A stretch of 55,227 nt of DNA, from positions 1 through 55,227 of IMG/VR virus record IMGVR_UViG_2718218434_000004. One strand, written 5' to 3'. Within the stretch, counting starts at the first letter, position 1; every line of letters starts with the position of its first letter. Source of the DNA: a virus. Lineage: Duplodnaviria; Heunggongvirae; Uroviricota; Caudoviricetes. Position numbers and translations under genes: made by a program. Below are positions 50,233-55,227 of this stretch, in pieces. The notes under the pieces are model-generated. The model saw only the letters and a program-made list of their open reading frames with translations. It did not search any database and was not told the DNA's origin.

Positions 50233-51057
50233 ATGTCTCAGAACTTAGACGCAACCGCAATTAATCAAATCCATGCCCTTATTTCTGCTCAGGGTGTTAA
50301 TGAAATTATCAGTAAGATTGGTGCCGATGCTGTGGCATTGCCTGAGAATTTCCGCATTCATGATCTGGAAAAATTTAATTTAAATCGCTTCCGTTTCCGT
50401 GGTGCGCTTTCCACTGCCAGCATCGATGACTTTACCCGTTATTCTAAAGATCTTGCAGATGAAGGCACCCGCTGCTTTATCGATGCTGATAATATGCGTG
50501 CCGTCAGTGTGCTTAACCTGGGTACTATTGATGAACCAGGTCACGCAGATAACACCGCCACACTCAAACTGAAAAAGACAGCACCGTTCTCTGCTCTGTT
50601 GTCTGTTAACGGCGAGCGTAACTCCCAGAAGTCACTGGCAGAATGGATTGAAGACTGGGCCGACTATCTTGTGGGCTTTGATGCTAATGGTGACGCTATT
50701 CAGGCAACAAAAGCGGCTGCGGCTGTCCGTAAAATCACGATTGAAGCAAACCAGACCGCTGATTTTGAAGATAATGACTTCAGCGGCAAACGCTCCCTGA
50801 TGGAGTCTGTCGAAGCGAAGACCAAAGACATTATGCCAGTGGCATTTGAATTTAAATGCGTTCCGTTTGAAGGTCTGAAAGAACGTCCGTTTAAATTACG
50901 CCTTAGTATTATCACTGGCGATCGTCCTGTACTGGTTCTGCGCATTATTCAGCTGGAGGCGGTGCAGGAAGAAATGGCTAACGAATTTCGTGATCTGCTT
51001 GTTGAGAAATTCAAGGACAGCAAAGTAGAAACCTTTATTGGTACTTTCACCGCCTGA
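50233..51057 (+). CDS. yfdQ: YfdQ-like protein (DUF2303)
   Basis: 274 aa, matching recalled length and order of CPS-53 yfdQ. Confidence 0.55.
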   Translation: MSQNLDATAINQIHALISAQGVNEIISKIGADAVALPENFRIHDLEKFNLNRFRFRGALSTASIDDFTRYSKDLADEGTRCFIDADNMRAVSVLNLGTIDEPGHADNTATLKLKKTAPFSALLSVNGERNSQKSLAEWIEDWADYLVGFDANGDAIQATKAAAAVRKITIEANQTADFEDNDFSGKRSLMESVEAKTKDIMPVAFEFKCVPFEGLKERPFKLRLSIITGDRPVLVLRIIQLEAVQEEMANEFRDLLVEKFKDSKVETFIGTFTA

Positions 51058-51184
51058 TTTCATTACTGCAAATGCCCCTGCGGGGGCATTTATGGAAACG
51101 TAATTTACTCAATAATCGCCGGATGGTGAGGGATTCTTTTTACCAGAATTCAGCGCGGTGCAGCGCATATACGTGGAGAACAAA

Positions 51185-51721
51185 ATGTCATTTATAAAAA
51201 CTTTTTCCGGGAAGCATTTTTATTATGACAGGATAAATAAAGACGACATCGATATTAACGATATCGCGGTTTCCCTTTCAAATATCTGTCGCTTTGCCGG
51301 TCATCTTTCGCACTTCTACAGCGTCGCCCAACATGCGGTTCTTTGCAGCCAGCTGGTGCCGCAGGAATTTGCTTTTGAAGCGTTAATGCATGATGCAACA
51401 GAAGCGTATTGCCAGGACATTCCCGCACCACTGAAACGCCTTCTTCCTGACTATAAACAAATGGAAGAAAAAATAGACGCCGTAATCCGTGAGAAATACG
51501 GGTTACCCCCAGTTATGAGTACGCCCGTGAAATATGCCGATCTCATCATGCTGGCAACCGAACGCCGCGATCTCGGGCTTGATGATGACTCTTTCTGGCC
51601 TGTACTGGAAGGTATCCCGGCAACAGAGATGTTCAACGTGATTCCACTGGCACCGGGCCATGCCTACGGGATGTTTATGGAACGCTTTAACGAGTTATCG
51701 GAGTTACGCAAATGCGCATGA
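51185..51721 (+). CDS. yfdR: YfdR-like HD-domain phosphohydrolase (5'-deoxynucleotidase)
   Basis: 178 aa from MSFIKTF; H..HD metal-binding pattern (AQHAVLCSQ...ALMHDATEAY). Confidence 0.6.
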   Translation: MSFIKTFSGKHFYYDRINKDDIDINDIAVSLSNICRFAGHLSHFYSVAQHAVLCSQLVPQEFAFEALMHDATEAYCQDIPAPLKRLLPDYKQMEEKIDAVIREKYGLPPVMSTPVKYADLIMLATERRDLGLDDDSFWPVLEGIPATEMFNVIPLAPGHAYGMFMERFNELSELRKCA

Positions 51722-52074
51722 ATGTTTTCGAAATGGAAGGGTTTCTTCGTGGGAGATGTGTACCGCGAGATCTGAAAGTAAATGAAACAGATGCTGAATA
51801 CCTGGTGCGTAAATTCGATACGCTTGAAGCTAAATGTGCAGCACAGGAAAACAAAGTAATACCAGTGTCAACTGAACTGCCACCAGCAAATGAAAGTGTT
51901 TTGTTATTCGATGCTAACGGAGAAGGCTGGCTAATTGGCTGGCGTTCTCTCTGGTACACCTGGGGACAAAAAGAAACCGGAGAATGGCAGTGGACATTTC
52001 AGGTCGGGGACCTTGAAAACGTCAATATCACTCACTGGGCAGTAATGCCAAAAGCACCGGAGGCTGGAGCATAA
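51712..52074 (+). CDS. yfdS: YfdS-like protein (DUF551)
   Basis: 120-aa ORF; Trp-rich C-terminus. Confidence 0.45.
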   Translation: MRMNVFEMEGFLRGRCVPRDLKVNETDAEYLVRKFDTLEAKCAAQENKVIPVSTELPPANESVLLFDANGEGWLIGWRSLWYTWGQKETGEWQWTFQVGDLENVNITHWAVMPKAPEAGA

Positions 52075-52379
52075 TGACCACTTTTACCGACAAAGAACTG
52101 ATTAAAGAAATTAAAGAGCGTATCAGCAGCCTTGACGTGCGAGACGATATTGAGCGCCGTGCTTATGAAATCGCACTCCTATCTCTGGAAGTAGAACCAG
52201 ATGAACGCGAAGCTTATGAATTATTCATGGAAAAGCGTTTCGCTGACTTAGTAGATCGTCGGAGAGCAAAAAACGGCGATAACGAATACATGGCATGGGA
52301 TATGACTCTCGGTTGGATCGTCTGGCAGCAACGAGCTGGTATCCATTTTTCAACAATGTCACAGCAAGAGGTGAAATAA
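52074..52379 (+). CDS. yfdT: YfdT-like hypothetical protein
   Basis: 101-aa ORF immediately upstream of xis. Confidence 0.4.
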   Translation: MTTFTDKELIKEIKERISSLDVRDDIERRAYEIALLSLEVEPDEREAYELFMEKRFADLVDRRRAKNGDNEYMAWDMTLGWIVWQQRAGIHFSTMSQQEVK

Positions 52380-52729
52380 TGGAGCCATACAGCCTCACAC
52401 TCGATGAGGCCTGTCATTTTCTCAAGATATCCAGACCGACTGCCATTAACTGGATACGCACAGGGCGTCTTCAGGCAACACGCAAAGATCCCACTAAGAA
52501 TAAATCTCCTTACCTCACAACACGACAAGCCTGCATTGCGGCGCTTCAGTCTCCGCTGCATACTGTCCAGGTGAGCGCGGGTGATGGCATAACAGAGGAA
52601 AGAAAATGTCACTCTTCCGCAGAGGTGAAATATGGTACGCCAGTTTCACATTGCCGAACGGTAAAAGATTTAAACAGTCTCTTGGAACAAAGGACAAAAG
52701 GCAGGCGACAGAACTCCATGACAAGCTAA
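52379..52729 (+). CDS. xis: excisionase (P22 Xis-like)
   Basis: Start at [37 protein letters not shown]; overlaps the integrase start. Confidence 0.7.
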   Translation: MEPYSLTLDEACHFLKISRPTAINWIRTGRLQATRKDPTKNKSPYLTTRQACIAALQSPLHTVQVSAGDGITEERKCHSSAEVKYGTPVSHCRTVKDLNSLLEQRTKGRRQNSMTS

Positions 52730-53769
52730 AGGCTGAAGCATGGCGGGTCAGCAAACTTGGTGAAATACCTGATATAACGTTCGAGGAAGCGTGTGTCAGG
52801 TGGCTTGAAGAGAAAGCACATAAAAAATCACTGGACGATGACAAAAGCCGGATCGGATTCTGGCTTCAACATTTCGCAGGAATGCAACTAAGAGACATTA
52901 CTGAATCAAAAATTTATTCAGCAATGCAGAAAATGACGAACCGGCGTCATGAGGAAAACTGGAAACTCAGGGCAGAAGCATGCAGAAAAAAAGGGAAACC
53001 TGTTCCAGAATACACGCCAAAACCAGCGTCCGTTGCAACGAAGGCTACGCATCTTTCATTTATAAAGGCCCTACTAAGAGCCGCAGAGCGTGAATGGAAA
53101 ATGCTGGATAAGGCACCAATTATTAAAGTGCCTCAACCAAAGAATAAACGGATCCGCTGGCTGGAGCCCCATGAAGCACAAAGGCTGATTGATGAATGTC
53201 CGGAGCCATTAAAGTCTGTTGTTGAATTTGCACTGGCAACAGGCTTAAGACGCTCGAACATCATCAACCTTGAATGGCAACAAATAGATATGCAGCGCCG
53301 GGTGGCATGGATAAACCCGGAAGAGAGTAAATCAAACCGCGCAATTGGCGTTGCGCTGAATGATACTGCATGTCGCGTATTGAAAAAACAAATCGGGAAT
53401 CATCACCGTTGGGTATTTGTGTACAAGGAAAGCTGTACCAAACCAGACGGAACGAAAGCGCCAACAGTAAGGAAGATGCGGTATGACGCAAACACAGCCT
53501 GGAAAGCGGCGCTGAGACGGGCTGGTATTGATGATTTCAGATTTCACGACTTGAGACACACCTGGGCAAGTTGGCTGGTTCAAGCCGGAGTCCCGTTGTC
53601 AGTTTTACAGGAAATGGGAGGCTGGGAGTCTATCGAAATGGTTCGTCGATATGCTCACCTTGCACCTAATCACCTTACCGAACACGCACGGCAAATAGAC
53701 TCGATCCTGAACCCATCGGTCCCAAATTTGTCCCAGTCAAAAAATAAGGAAGGTACTAATGATGTGTAA
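52606..53769 (+). CDS. int: tyrosine integrase (P22-type, thrW-specific)
   Basis: 387 aa; [35 protein letters not shown]-terminus; C-terminal [10 protein letters not shown]...Y region; ends 15 bp from thrW. Confidence 0.9.
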   Translation: MSLFRRGEIWYASFTLPNGKRFKQSLGTKDKRQATELHDKLKAEAWRVSKLGEIPDITFEEACVRWLEEKAHKKSLDDDKSRIGFWLQHFAGMQLRDITESKIYSAMQKMTNRRHEENWKLRAEACRKKGKPVPEYTPKPASVATKATHLSFIKALLRAAEREWKMLDKAPIIKVPQPKNKRIRWLEPHEAQRLIDECPEPLKSVVEFALATGLRRSNIINLEWQQIDMQRRVAWINPEESKSNRAIGVALNDTACRVLKKQIGNHHRWVFVYKESCTKPDGTKAPTVRKMRYDANTAWKAALRRAGIDDFRFHDLRHTWASWLVQAGVPLSVLQEMGGWESIEMVRRYAHLAPNHLTEHARQIDSILNPSVPNLSQSKNKEGTNDV

Positions 53770-53781
53770 CTTATTGATTTT

Positions 53782-53829
53782 AATGGTGCCGATAATAGGA
53801 GTCGAACCTACGACCTTCGCATTACGAAT
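53782..53829. repeat. att site: 48-bp thrW 3'-end repeat (tRNA-proximal copy)
   Basis: Identical to 13339-13386. Confidence 0.85.
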
Positions 53830-53859
53830 GCGCTGCTCTACCAACTGAGCTATATCGGC
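53784..53859 (-). tRNA. thrW: tRNA-Thr (anticodon CGU)
   Basis: 76-nt reverse complement GCCGATATAGCTCAGTTGGTAGAGCAGCGCATTCGTAATGCGAAGGTCGTAGGTTCGACTCCTATTATCGGCACCA folds as a cloverleaf with CGT anticodon and CCA end. Confidence 0.9.
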
Positions 53860-53973
53860 CCTGAAAGGACATGTTCACGAACGTGAATCACGGTGGACAA
53901 GGTTAAAACTAACCGGGCGATGCGTCAATGGCCTTGTGAATCAAATGGCTACTTTTGCATCACCCGGTTTTAT

Positions 53974-55227
53974 TTACGCACGAATGGTGTAATCACCAAT
54001 GCCGATCCACTTGTAAGTGGTCAGTGCTTCCAGCCCCATTGGGCCACGTGCGTGCAGTTTTTGTGTGCTTACCGCCACTTCCGCACCCAGTCCAAACTGG
54101 CCGCCGTCGGTAAAACGCGTAGAGGCGTTAACGTAAACAGCGGACGAATCCACTTCGTTAACAAAACGCTGGGCGTTGCGCATATCGCGGGTCAGGATCG
54201 CATCGGAGTGTTGCGTGCCGTGTTCACGAATATGGGCGATGGCATCGTCAAGATCGCTGACGATTTTGACGTTCAAATCTAATGACAGAAACTCATCGTC
54301 ATACTCTTCGGCTTTAACCGCCACCACCTTCGCGGGGCCTGCCTGCAACTGTGTCAGCGCAGCTGCATCTGCGTGTAATGTCACGCCGCTTTCCGCCATT
54401 TGTTTGCTTAATACGGGCAGGAAGCTATCGGCGATGTTTTTATTCACCAGCAACGTTTCTACCGTATTACATGTGCTCGGACGCTGAGTTTTGGCGTTGA
54501 CGATCACTTTTAATGCTTCAGCGATCTCTGCACTTTCATCAACGTAAATATGGCATACGCCTATACCACCTGTGATCACCGGGATCGTCGACTGTTCGCG
54601 GCACAGTTTATGCAAACCAGCGCCACCACGCGGGATCAGCATGTCGATGTATTTATCCATACGCAGCATTTCACTGACCAGCGCACGGTCAGGATTATCA
54701 ATCGCCTGCACGGCACCCGCCGGTAAGCCGCAGGATTTCAGGGCGTCCTGAATCACCGCCACCGTTGCAGCGTTAGTGCGACACGTTTCTTTGCCACCGC
54801 GCAGGATCACCGCATTACCGGTTTTCAGGCACAGCGAAGCGACATCAACCGTCACGTTCGGGCGCGCTTCATAAATCACGCCAATAACCCCCAGCGGTAC
54901 GCGACGACGCTCAAGACGCAGGCCGCTGTCCAGTACGCCGCCATCGATTACCTGCCCCACCGGATCGGCGAGGTTGCACACCTGACGTACATCGTCGGCA
55001 ATGCCTTTCAGCCGTGCGGGCGTCAGTGCCAGACGGTCAAGCATCGCTTCGCTAAGGCCATTGGCTCGCGCGTCAGCAACATCCTGGGCGTTAGCGTTGA
55101 GGATGATTTCGCTTTGTGCTTCCAGTTCATCGGCGATTTTTTCCAGCACGCGATTTTTTTCGCGGCTGGAGAGTTGCGCTAATTTATACGAGGCTTGCTT
55201 CGCGGCAATGCCCATTTGTTCCAGCAT
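53974..55227 (-). CDS. proA: gamma-glutamyl phosphate reductase
   Basis: 417 aa, [38 protein letters not shown] is the ProA N-terminus; thrW lies immediately downstream as in E. coli. Confidence 0.95.
   Translation of the reverse strand: MLEQMGIAAKQASYKLAQLSSREKNRVLEKIADELEAQSEIILNANAQDVADARANGLSEAMLDRLALTPARLKGIADDVRQVCNLADPVGQVIDGGVLDSGLRLERRRVPLGVIGVIYEARPNVTVDVASLCLKTGNAVILRGGKETCRTNAATVAVIQDALKSCGLPAGAVQAIDNPDRALVSEMLRMDKYIDMLIPRGGAGLHKLCREQSTIPVITGGIGVCHIYVDESAEIAEALKVIVNAKTQRPSTCNTVETLLVNKNIADSFLPVLSKQMAESGVTLHADAAALTQLQAGPAKVVAVKAEEYDDEFLSLDLNVKIVSDLDDAIAHIREHGTQHSDAILTRDMRNAQRFVNEVDSSAVYVNASTRFTDGGQFGLGAEVAVSTQKLHARGPMGLEALTTYKWIGIGDYTIRA

Noticed and set aside
53893-54282. Plus-strand 129-aa ORF
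   Set aside because: It is antisense within proA, a well-recognised conserved gene.

Overview
This window is the proA-thrW chromosomal locus of an E. coli-like enterobacterium with two mobile elements integrated in tandem at tRNA-Thr (thrW). Chromosome: proA (53974-55227, minus) and intact thrW (53784-53859, minus). Element B (about 13387-53781, roughly 40 kb) is a mosaic temperate myovirus-type prophage: P22-type int/xis next to thrW, a CPS-53-like yfdPQRST left operon, a lambdoid immunity region (cI, cro, operators), replication gene with internal iterons, Dam methylase, RusA, Q antiterminator with a PR'/tR' unit, lysis cassette, HNH plus terminase, HK97-type head, Mu-like contractile tail and baseplate, and an e14-like invertible tail-fibre segment with a Pin-family invertase. 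A 48-bp direct repeat of the thrW 3' end (13339-13386 and 53782-53829) marks its ends. Element A (1-13338, left end not in window) is a P4-integrase-family satellite/PICI-like island: integrase, two AlpA genes, antirepressor, zinc-ribbon/Toprim primase, iterons, and an uncharacterised primase-linked gene pair. The most interesting content is AT-rich or unannotatable cargo: a three-gene island next to the invertase (Mrr-like nuclease fusion, secreted protein, GIY-YIG protein), a HEPN-motif gene between lysis and packaging, a membrane-protein moron inside the tail operon, an antisense moron in the PL operon, and the 246-aa/701-aa pair in element A. All calls rest on reading the supplied ORF translations and sequence by eye; no database search was run, and family names are from recalled motifs and gene order.
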